A stretch of DNA of 64,000 bases from Candidatus Binatia bacterium (GTDB lineage: Bacteria > Desulfobacterota > Binatia > HRBIN30). Where the stretch lies: positions 186,006 to 250,005 of the forward strand of contig JBBRSP010000006.1 of the NCBI GenBank assembly GCA_038245295.1, written 5' to 3'. Both the position numbers and the translations under genes were made by a program. Below are positions 10,728-18,720 of the stretch, in pieces (positions within the stretch are counted from its first letter, which is position 1; each line of letters opens with the position of its first letter). The notes beneath the pieces are model-generated. The model saw only the letters and a program-made list of their open reading frames with translations. It was not told the origin of the DNA and did not search any database.

Positions 10728-10970
10728 TTGATGCGGAGAACATCGGGCTTTCTGGCGGTGCGTTTGGCGCGAGGGTTGGCAGGGTTTCGCGGCGACGCCT
10801 CGCAGAATCAGTTTGCCAAGAAACTTGGCATTTCAAATGCCTCGCTGAACCGGATCGAGAATCGCAGTCAGAACGTGTCCCTGAAAACTCTCGAGACGCT
10901 CTGCCGGCGTCTCAACTGCGACATTGCCGATCTGTTTCCGTCGGAAGACCCGCCGAGAAGCACGCGATAG
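10728..10970 (+). CDS. XRE-family HTH regulator
   Basis: SQNQFAKKLGISNASLNRIEN...SLKTLETLC. Confidence 0.8.
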   Translation: MMRRTSGFLAVRLARGLAGFRGDASQNQFAKKLGISNASLNRIENRSQNVSLKTLETLCRRLNCDIADLFPSEDPPRSTR

Positions 10971-10988
10971 AGAGCGCGCCCCAACGAG

Positions 10989-11225
10989 CTAGCCCGGCGT
11001 CCATCCGCGGACTTTCATGCACCGCACGAACATCTCCTTCCGCAGGGCGGGGCCGAACGGATTGTTCGCCGGCTGCGCTTGCCTCGCCTGGAGCTCGCAC
11101 TCGTAAGCGTCCTTATCGAGATCGGCTTGCGACCAATTTGGTTTCGTCCAGGTGGCCGTGGATACGCAGCCACTACTCAAGAGAAGTGTGATCACTGTGA
11201 GACGGACGAACAGCCTGCTCCGCAC
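10989..11225 (-). CDS. Small predicted lipoprotein
   Basis: Lipobox-like LSSGC, then WTKP...DAYEC...CMKVRGW. Confidence 0.65.
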   Translation of the reverse strand: MRSRLFVRLTVITLLLSSGCVSTATWTKPNWSQADLDKDAYECELQARQAQPANNPFGPALRKEMFVRCMKVRGWTPG

Positions 11226-11282
11226 AATGCTCTCCTAGATTGAGCGGCACCGCTCCAGGCGGCCAAACTCTTTCCAATGGGA

Positions 11283-11313
11283 TGCCAAATAGCACTTATG
11301 CAGTGTGTTGGCA
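11283..11313. promoter_or_regulatory. Palindromic putative operator upstream of the XRE/controller-like gene
   Basis: TGCCAA-ATAGCACTTATGCAGTGTG-TTGGCA with an inner CACT/AGTG pair. Confidence 0.35.
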
Positions 11314-11422
11314 ATCCATTTTGCATCGCAATGCAGTGCATATTGGCGCTTTGGCAATGCGACGCACTGTGGCCGACAGACCCCGATTCATTCCATCTTC
11401 AGGTTCCCCGGAGGTAGCCAGG

Positions 11423-11743
11423 ATGGACAACCGAGTGGCACTTGGCCTGCGAATCAAGGAGTTGCGAAAAGCGCGTTCGCTCTCTCAGGAAGCCTTGGCG
11501 GAGAAGATGGAGGTACATCCCAAGTACCTCGGATCGGTCGAACGCGGCGAGCAGAATCCCACCATGGAGTTTCTCGAGAAAACAGCGCTTGCGCTTAGAG
11601 TCGACCTATCGGCGCTGTTCAATTGTCCCTGGCAGAGGATGAATGAGAGTGACCTCAAGAAGAAGCTCCACGCCCTTGTCGAAAAGTCGACCCTGGAGAG
11701 CCTTCGCGAAGTCTTAGCTATCCTGAAGTCGCGAGAGTTATAG
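11423..11743 (+). CDS. XRE-family regulator resembling restriction-modification controller (C) proteins
   Basis: GGAGG RBS then ATG at 11423; LGLRIKELRKARSLSQEALAE...YLGSVERGEQNPT. Confidence 0.85.
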   Translation: MDNRVALGLRIKELRKARSLSQEALAEKMEVHPKYLGSVERGEQNPTMEFLEKTALALRVDLSALFNCPWQRMNESDLKKKLHALVEKSTLESLREVLAILKSREL

Positions 11744-11885
11744 TCGAGAGTTCCGGCGCGAGTGTGCCGGCGAGATCGGAATGCTCCTTGTCATCGGGTG
11801 TGCTTAGACTCCATGTTTGTTGCCTACCCCGCCATTGGTCGCGCGAGGCCGCTCCCGGAAGGCGTCTGCGTCAAGGGGTAACGAG

Positions 11886-12587
11886 GTGAATTCGGACGTC
11901 GACCCCGACCTTCAACCGATCGAGTTGGCTGTCCGGCTGCTTCAGAATCGCTGGGCCGGAATCTTCGGCGCAGTTGCCGCCGTCCATCCAAGCGTACAAT
12001 TCGATTGGGTGGACGAGGCCCGTGCGCAGGGTATGTCCCCGGTACGCAGAGCGGACTTTATTGGCGGACGACTCGCGGCGAGGCAGGCATTGGTTGCAGC
12101 TGGTTTGGTCGACGGAACCATCTCAGTTGATGATGACGGTGGCCCGATTTTCCCTCGCGGCTATACTGGCAGTATCGCGCATAAGCATGGTCGGGCGGTC
12201 GCCGTCGTGGGGCGAACAGGGAGCTACGACGGCATCGGTGTTGACCTGGAGTATGATGAGGACCGTGATGAGGATAAGTTGGCGGCAGAGGTTGTCACCG
12301 CGTCGGAGGAGCGCCGGCTGCTGGACCTGCGCGCCGTCGAACCGATTCTCTCCTCGCCCGCGACACTGATTCTCGCCGCAAAGGAGGCCGTATACAAGGC
12401 CGCCTTCCCGATCACCCGGAAGGACTTCTCGTTCGACGAGGTGGAACTGATCTTCGCGTCGGACTCCCGATCTTTTGATGCCGTTTGCTTTCCCGGTTAC
12501 GAGCTGGTCTCCGTCTCTGGGTCGTACGAAATCGTGAGTCGGTGGATTGTGACGATAGCCGTCGCCCTCCCAGGTTCATACGTTTGA
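11886..12587 (+). CDS. 4'-phosphopantetheinyl transferase (EntD/Npt type)
   Basis: RRADFIGGRLAARQAL, GSIAHK, GIGVDLE, AAKEAVYKA. Start estimated; ORF is open from 11817. Confidence 0.88.
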   Translation: MNSDVDPDLQPIELAVRLLQNRWAGIFGAVAAVHPSVQFDWVDEARAQGMSPVRRADFIGGRLAARQALVAAGLVDGTISVDDDGGPIFPRGYTGSIAHKHGRAVAVVGRTGSYDGIGVDLEYDEDRDEDKLAAEVVTASEERRLLDLRAVEPILSSPATLILAAKEAVYKAAFPITRKDFSFDEVELIFASDSRSFDAVCFPGYELVSVSGSYEIVSRWIVTIAVALPGSYV

Positions 12588-12644
12588 CAATCAAACAAGT
12601 CTCTGCCATTATGTTCGACATTCGAACAGACGTGGAGGGCGCGA

Positions 12645-13004
12645 ATGTCGCTCAAATACACCCCGACGATCAACAAGCAAGAATTCGATGCAGTGGCGGA
12701 AGAACTGAGGAAGCGTTTGAAGCTCAGATACGAGATGTCGAAGAACGACGCGGATAAACCTCCGATCAACCCGGCAACGATGGGTGCCTTTGATCACCTG
12801 CCTGATCTCGATTCCAAGACTGTCGCGCGGTGGTCTTCCGACGTGCAGACATTTCTAGGTTGCAAGCTCAATCCTCGGTTAATCCGAAAGGGTGGGTACA
12901 ATTCGTTTGATGATTTCTGGACAGACGTGTCTGCGAAGCTACGTGAGACGTGTTCTGAAGTCCGTAGCACGTTCACGTCAGAGCAAGCAGGAGCTGCACT
13001 ATGA
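12645..13004 (+). CDS. Hypothetical protein, probably a divergent acyl/peptidyl carrier protein
   Basis: 119 aa with helix-loop-LDS-helix pattern (LPDLDSKTVARWSSDVQTFLG...GGYNSFDDFW); directly after a PPTase. Confidence 0.6.
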   Translation: MSLKYTPTINKQEFDAVAEELRKRLKLRYEMSKNDADKPPINPATMGAFDHLPDLDSKTVARWSSDVQTFLGCKLNPRLIRKGGYNSFDDFWTDVSAKLRETCSEVRSTFTSEQAGAAL

Positions 13005-13333
13005 GCGATGAGAAACGCAAGAAATTGGCCGAACGCCTGCGAATGGCGCGCGAGGCGGCGAAACTCTCACAGGATGATGTTGCCCGAGAGCTCCTACTTC
13101 CTCGCCCGGCTATCTCACAGATCGAGAATGGGCATCGACGCGTGGAGGCGTTGGAACTGGCGCGCCTCGCGAAGCTTTATGGACGTCCCCTCGGCTTTTT
13201 TGCGGACGAAGAACCAATGGGTGCCGATGCGCTGTACCGCACTACGGCGGCCCTTTCGGAAAAGGATCGCGCCGAGGTGCTTCGATTCGCCGAGTTCCTT
13301 CGTCAAAAGGCCGATGACACGGGGGAGCCGTGA
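13001..13333 (+). CDS. XRE-family HTH repressor (ImmR/CapH-like)
   Basis: LAERLRMARE...SQDDVA...ISQIENG; ATGA and GTGA overlaps with neighbours. Confidence 0.9.
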   Translation: MSDEKRKKLAERLRMAREAAKLSQDDVARELLLPRPAISQIENGHRRVEALELARLAKLYGRPLGFFADEEPMGADALYRTTAALSEKDRAEVLRFAEFLRQKADDTGEP

Positions 13334-14340
13334 TGGTCGAAGTTGTGCGAGAGGCGATTCTGCGTGGCATAGGCGGTGCTGCGGAGGCTCATGATGCTTT
13401 CAGGTTTCGGCAGCGCCATGAGGATGGCCTGCGTGCAATCGATGTCTTCGGCGTCATCGCGGAGCTAAAGCTCCCACTTGCGTTTCAGGCTCTCGACGAA
13501 TTGTTGGGCGCGTGTATCAGGGTGAGCAGCAGTGAAGTTGGAATCCTTGTCACTTCGCAACGTGATCTACACATGCAGCGTTTCACTGCGGCTCATGAGC
13601 TTGGGCACTTCGTCTTGGAGCATGAAGGCAGCCTAGACCGCGAGATCCGGTTGCCCGGCGATACGAAGGGGCGTGATCCGCGCGAGATCGAAGCCGACGC
13701 ATTCGCCGCGGAATTCTTGATGCCCAAATGGCTCGTCAAAGCTGCGGCCCAGCGACGGCATTGGTGGGGTGACGACCTGTTGCGGATCCCGGAAGTCGTC
13801 TACCAACTCTCACTCCGACTTGCCGTCAGCTATGAGGCTACATGTTGGGGATTGGCTGCCCACGACTTTGTCCGACGTGATGTAGCAAGAGCCCTCACTG
13901 TCAAAAAACTGAAGGACGTCAAGAAGAAGGTCCTTAGAGGTGTTCCGCTAGGCGACCCATGGGCCGACGTTTGGCAACTCGGTTCGGGAGACGATGGTGC
14001 TCAGCTCGACGCTGGCCCAAACGATCTCTTCGTCTTCGAACTCGCGGAAAGGGCCGCATCGGGATTCCGATGGGATGTGCAATCCGCAATCGATACGGGC
14101 TTCGCCCTTCTCGCCGACACGAGCGAGTTCGACGAGCGGGTGGTTGGTGGACAAAGCGAGCGGCGTTTGGTCCTCAGCGCGCCTCCGCCAGGCACTTATG
14201 AGCTTCACTTGCCGTTGCGGCGCTCCTTTGAGGCAACACCAGCCAACGGAACAGCGTTCAGTATCTCGATTTGTACGATCGGAACTCGACGCGACGAGTA
14301 TCCGGCGGAGTTTTCTACGGCGGTAAGCACAGTGCACTAA
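13330..14340 (+). CDS. ImmA/IrrE Zn-metallopeptidase with C-terminal chagasin (I42)-like domain
   Basis: RFTAAHELGH, EIEADAFAAEFLMP; C-terminus ELAERAASGFRW...VGG...PGTYELHLPLRRSFE. Confidence 0.85.
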   Translation: MMVEVVREAILRGIGGAAEAHDAFRFRQRHEDGLRAIDVFGVIAELKLPLAFQALDELLGACIRVSSSEVGILVTSQRDLHMQRFTAAHELGHFVLEHEGSLDREIRLPGDTKGRDPREIEADAFAAEFLMPKWLVKAAAQRRHWWGDDLLRIPEVVYQLSLRLAVSYEATCWGLAAHDFVRRDVARALTVKKLKDVKKKVLRGVPLGDPWADVWQLGSGDDGAQLDAGPNDLFVFELAERAASGFRWDVQSAIDTGFALLADTSEFDERVVGGQSERRLVLSAPPPGTYELHLPLRRSFEATPANGTAFSISICTIGTRRDEYPAEFSTAVSTVH

Positions 14341-14963
14341 TGGAAGTGATCCACGTGCTGCCTTCGGTTCGGGATCAGGGTGAGAGGGGAACTTGCCTCA
14401 GTATCGCAATGACCGACGGACATCACGCGTCGCGCGCTGAGCCGCCCCCGCTGGCTGTCGACTTCCTGCATTTCAATGCGTCAACCCTCGCCGGGGTTGG
14501 TATCAATGATGCGGTCCCTGTGACCGCCGCGATGCTGGCACTCGAGGACGATGGCCAACCGATGGAGTCGGAGTGTCCATACTCCCCTATTGCGCTCCCA
14601 AGTACGTGGCTACCGCCGAAGACAATTGGCAAAATCTGGCGCCAGAAGACGGCCGTGCAATACAAGCATCCATGGGCGGTTATTGCAGCGCACGTCGGCA
14701 TCGGCCAAGCGGCCGTCCTCGCGTTGAAAATCGACGACGCCTTTTGGAGCCCGGTGAATGGAGTCATTGATACCCCGATTGGTCCACCTCGGGCATTGCA
14801 CGCCGTCCTCGCTGTAACCGCGGCCACTACTCCTCCGACTCGTGTTCTTGTGCGCAATAGCTGGGGTCCGAATTGGGGCGTCGGCGGTTACTCGTGGCTT
14901 TCCTCAGCATACGTGGCGGCATACTGTTTAGCGGTGATCACATTCCAAGGAGCGATTGAATGA
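14340..14963 (+). CDS. Papain-like (C1) cysteine peptidase, no signal peptide
   Basis: VRDQGERGTC, HAV, VRNSWGPNWGVGGY; TAATG coupling to the previous gene. Confidence 0.9.
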   Translation: MEVIHVLPSVRDQGERGTCLSIAMTDGHHASRAEPPPLAVDFLHFNASTLAGVGINDAVPVTAAMLALEDDGQPMESECPYSPIALPSTWLPPKTIGKIWRQKTAVQYKHPWAVIAAHVGIGQAAVLALKIDDAFWSPVNGVIDTPIGPPRALHAVLAVTAATTPPTRVLVRNSWGPNWGVGGYSWLSSAYVAAYCLAVITFQGAIE

Positions 14964-15760
14964 CACCAATAGTTCAGACGACCTGCGAACTCGCTTGGCT
15001 TGAGGCAGCCGAACACCTTGCGCAGGTCAGCGACAATAGTGAGTACAACCTTGTCGTCGAAATCGCGAAGCCGACGTGGCATACGGCTGCAGACCTGCGC
15101 GTGCGCGCGACGGTCGACCAGTTTCTTCGTCGCCACAACACCCACCCGATCTCTACCGTGGCGGGCACTATATTTCCGGCGGCCGAGTACGTAAATCACG
15201 GCGTTCGTGGAGTGTATGAATTCTACCCCGAGCAGGTATATCCCGCGATCAAGGAATCCACGGAATGGGGCCGATATGCGTACCGCCTGGTCCGCTGGGA
15301 GACTGCCTCGGGTAGAGTCATTAACCCTCTCGAGATCCTCATTGGGAAGATGAAGCAGCAACTCACGAATGGCAGACGCATGAGGGCGTGCTATGAGCTG
15401 TCCCTCGCGGATTCGGCGATTGACCTTCCGCTCTATGATCCGACTATTGATGCTCATCAAGCTCGTGGTGGTCCTTGCCTCTCCCATGTGAGTTTGAAGC
15501 TCGGCGCAGCGGACACCCTCTACCTCACGGCGTTGTACCGCTCGCACTCGTACGTCGCGCGAGCGCTTGGGAATTTTCTTGGACTTGCAGATCTTCAAGC
15601 GTTCATCTGTGAACAGACGGGACTCTCCCCAGGACCGCTGATGAGCGTCTCGAGTTACTCCCGGCTTGAGACCGACGGCGGATGGTCGCGGGGGGAGGCG
15701 CTCCATCTCGTGAGGGATGCGCGCTCAGCATTCAACGGGGCAGTTCATGCGGCTGCGTGA
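14960..15760 (+). CDS. Thymidylate synthase-like protein (possible dUMP hydroxymethylase)
   Basis: GPCLSH (catalytic Cys), LYRSH, ALGNFLGL (Asn at the dUMP-specificity position), WGRYAYRL. Confidence 0.8.
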   Translation: MTPIVQTTCELAWLEAAEHLAQVSDNSEYNLVVEIAKPTWHTAADLRVRATVDQFLRRHNTHPISTVAGTIFPAAEYVNHGVRGVYEFYPEQVYPAIKESTEWGRYAYRLVRWETASGRVINPLEILIGKMKQQLTNGRRMRACYELSLADSAIDLPLYDPTIDAHQARGGPCLSHVSLKLGAADTLYLTALYRSHSYVARALGNFLGLADLQAFICEQTGLSPGPLMSVSSYSRLETDGGWSRGEALHLVRDARSAFNGAVHAAA

Positions 15761-16787
15761 ATACCAAGCGGCAGCCAAGAGCACCGATCAGTTCCCGAAA
15801 ACGAAAGCGATCAAGGGGGCGAACAGCTCGCTTCAAAAGGCCGAACTGGTGCCACTCCTCGGCTTGACTGGCGAGATCGGTGCGTTGCTTTCCGAGTACA
15901 AGAAACTGCTTCGAGATGGTCCCATTCATCTGCGGTTTTCTGATCGTCTCAAAGAGGAACTCGGCGACATCCTTTGGTATGTGGCGACTGTAGCGACAAA
16001 GTTCGATCTGCCCCTGGAGGAGATCGCTCGTCTGAACCTAAAGAAAGTGGCCGACCGATGGTCAAAGCCTCGACGCCGTGAGCCGTTGGACACATCCTAC
16101 CCGCCCAACGAACGGCTGCCGCGAAGGTTTACGTACCGGTTCACCTACGAACATCGGAAGGACCTAACGCGGGGCGTTGCTGTCGTCGATCACGACGGCA
16201 CGCGCATCGGCGACCTGCTTACGGACAACGCTCACGAGAACGATGGCTATCGATTTCACGACGTCATGCATTTCGCGTTCGTGGCGTTGCTTGGTTGGTC
16301 GCCTGTCGTACGCAAGCTTTTGCAGAGAAAACGCAAGAGCATCCGGAGCTCGGACGAAGTTGAGGACGGGGGGCGGGCAGGAGTCGTAGACGAAGCGATT
16401 GTGGCGATGGTGTTCGACTATATTCAGCATGACCTCGCTTCAACAACCGGAATGACCCGTATCGACTCCGATACTCTCCGCAGCATTCGCGCCCTTACCC
16501 GAGGGTTTGAAGTCAACGTGCGAACCGAAGCGGAGTGGGAAGAGGCGATCCTGAAGGGCATCGAGGTATGGCGGCAGATCGAGGCTCACGATGGCGGAAC
16601 AGTGGTCGGAGACTTTACGCGTCGCTCCTTCACGTTCAGTCCGAAGGGTGGACGAAGTCGAAGGAGATCTGCTCACGTCGCGAACCCCGTGCCGCGCCGT
16701 CGTAGGGCAAAGGAGCCCCGTTCAACTTCCACTTCGGTGGGTAGAACTGGGGTAGCGGATCGAGACTCGGCGAGAAGTTCTGTTTGA
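15747..16787 (+). CDS. MazG-like nucleotide pyrophosphohydrolase with C-terminal MazG_C-like domain
   Basis: LGLTGEIG...EELGDILWY...NLKK; DGYRFHDVMH, DEVEDGGRA. Confidence 0.88.
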   Translation: MRLREYQAAAKSTDQFPKTKAIKGANSSLQKAELVPLLGLTGEIGALLSEYKKLLRDGPIHLRFSDRLKEELGDILWYVATVATKFDLPLEEIARLNLKKVADRWSKPRRREPLDTSYPPNERLPRRFTYRFTYEHRKDLTRGVAVVDHDGTRIGDLLTDNAHENDGYRFHDVMHFAFVALLGWSPVVRKLLQRKRKSIRSSDEVEDGGRAGVVDEAIVAMVFDYIQHDLASTTGMTRIDSDTLRSIRALTRGFEVNVRTEAEWEEAILKGIEVWRQIEAHDGGTVVGDFTRRSFTFSPKGGRSRRRSAHVANPVPRRRRAKEPRSTSTSVGRTGVADRDSARSSV

Positions 16788-17691
16788 TGCGTGTTCGGCC
16801 CGAAATGCCGACGCATTCGGGATGCGCCACACGGGCATATTTGCTCACCTCGCAAAAGAGATTCTGGTGATCAATTAGTTGTAAGGGGCGAATACCCCCC
16901 AGCTTGTCAAACTGGAGGCCCAGCCGATCAAATTCGACTTCGGCGATCGAAGCGACGTAGCCGATTATTTCGCTCTCGGCCATTCCGGAAGTGTTGCTGA
17001 AGCACTTCACAATTCCGTCGAGCGCACCAGGTCCTGGAACTACGAAATCCATTTCGGAAAAATCGGTTAGTTCGCTGTAGTTGACGTCAATCGCATACTG
17101 GAACGCGAGAAATGCACCCAGCGATGGGTAGCTGCGGAGGATTGCAAAAACCTCCTCAAGAGACTTAGCCCTACCGACTCGACTTGGAGTACCGTCGCGC
17201 ATCATTCGTTCAAGAAGCTGAAGATGATTGCGATGTTTCCGAGGACTGCCGAACGGAGGCGACGGCATGATGTACGCAGCAGAGTAAAGACGCTGACCCC
17301 GCGCATAGGCGGCGTCTAGGATCCGACCATATCTCTCCTCGTCGAAGCCGTACCACGCCGGAAGTTCTCCGAGTTGGTTGATCAGGAGCTCCCAAGTCCC
17401 GATGCGGTTAAAGAATTTGAAAAGAAGAATTCGAAAGAAGACGTCATCCGCATGCTGAGACCCTTCGTAGATCACATGCCGAATCAGATACTGACTTACC
17501 CGATCCGATGCGCGGTAGGCATTTGTGAACCGGTGCGAAGCAATGATCGGATCGCTGCTCCACGGCAGCGACGCACCCTCAACGCGACGCATGAAGACTG
17601 CTTGTCGCTCGGCCGCAAAGCGCCAATAGGTATCAAAGACAGGCGTAGCTTCGACCGCCCGCCTGTAGGTTGCCTGAAGCAATCGTCCCAA
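16636..17691 (-). CDS. 5-hmdU DNA kinase-like (aGPT-PPlase clade 1) helical-domain protein
   Basis: FDTYWRFAAERQ...WSSDPI...RFTNAYRASDRVSQ, LYSAAY, GAFLAFQYAIDVNYS, GPGALDG, QNLFCEVSKY. TTG start at 17691 follows GGAGG. Confidence 0.85.
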   Translation of the reverse strand: MGRLLQATYRRAVEATPVFDTYWRFAAERQAVFMRRVEGASLPWSSDPIIASHRFTNAYRASDRVSQYLIRHVIYEGSQHADDVFFRILLFKFFNRIGTWELLINQLGELPAWYGFDEERYGRILDAAYARGQRLYSAAYIMPSPPFGSPRKHRNHLQLLERMMRDGTPSRVGRAKSLEEVFAILRSYPSLGAFLAFQYAIDVNYSELTDFSEMDFVVPGPGALDGIVKCFSNTSGMAESEIIGYVASIAEVEFDRLGLQFDKLGGIRPLQLIDHQNLFCEVSKYARVAHPECVGISGRTRIKQNFSPSLDPLPQFYPPKWKLNGAPLPYDGAARGSRREQISFDFVHPSD

Positions 17692-17809
17692 CCGAACACC
17701 CTCCTCCGTCCCCGACGAGCGAAGCAAGGATATCCGCAGATGGCTTGGAGGTCCACCGCAAGACGTGGTGTTTTTGAGCTTCGCAGCAAAAGGTGCGAAG
17801 CGATCTGAC

Positions 17810-18380
17810 GCGACGAAAGAACGAACCCGATCGGAGGGTCCGTTTTGTTTCGCGTCATTGCGCCTGGAATTTGACGAGGTCCGTTGCGCTTGTGCGTCGT
17901 TGCCGAGACACATGGCAGCCTTCAGCGCTTTCCAGAATTGACCCGGGCCTGCTCGTCAAAAGTGACCCACCAAAATATCGCGACCAACCCTTCCAGAGAC
18001 CATCGAACGCCGCCTTGATGTTCGATACCGCAGTGCTCGGACGCGTCAAGCGCCCGTCGATCAGCGTGCCATATTGCAGCGTAGTTTCGGGCGCTTGACC
18101 CATCCTGCGCGCCGCGGCCTGAGTCTTTAGGCGGCTTGGCTCGTAGTGTTCGGATTTCGGCAAAAATGAAGCGAACGATTGGCGCGCGCCAATTGTTCGC
18201 AGGTGGGTCAATTCTGACGAGCGAAGGTGGGTCAATTCCGGCGAGCGCTGAAGTACAGTAGCTGCACCAGCGGCCGAGTCGGCGATAAAGCTGCGTGGCT
18301 CGATTTCGTGAACGACGAGGCATCCTACGCGATGTATTTCTTTGAGATCGCCGGGTTCGCGACGACTCGCCTGCCCACTC
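17810..18380 (-). pseudogene. Degenerate copy of the 3' end and terminator of the PD-(D/E)XK nuclease gene, split by a MITE
   Basis: CAGTAGCTGCACCAGCGGCCG is identical at 18256-18276 and 23918-23938; LYRRLGRWCSYC vs FYRRPGRWCSYC; gapped similarity continues on both sides of the MITE. Confidence 0.75.
17920..18253. mobile_element. 334-bp non-autonomous IS21-type element (MITE)
   Basis: Terminal IRs CTTCAGCGCT-N5-GAATTGACCC at both ends with repeated subterminal TGACCCAC boxes; no transposase. Confidence 0.8.
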
Positions 18381-18720
18381 AGTCAGAAAGATCGCATCGG
18401 AGGCGACATTCGACTGATTGAGAAGGTCATTGAAATGCGCGAGCGGTATCCCGATCCCGTTGCCGCCGTCCCCTCCACCCGCACTTGCTAATCGACAAGA
18501 CCTTCGAAGGTGTCGGTAAACTGAAGAAGGAACAGCGCGAACTTTGTTGTCACCACAGGCAAGGAAGCGATGGGAAAATGCATCGGCGAGACCGGCATGC
18601 GCGAGCTGCGCAAGAGGGGCTTCATCAAGTAACGAAAAGTAGCGAGCTTCGGCTGCCCCAGAATGCGGCCCGCGGCACGAAGTGCCCTGTCACCATCCCT
18701 CTATACCTCGACACCGATGC

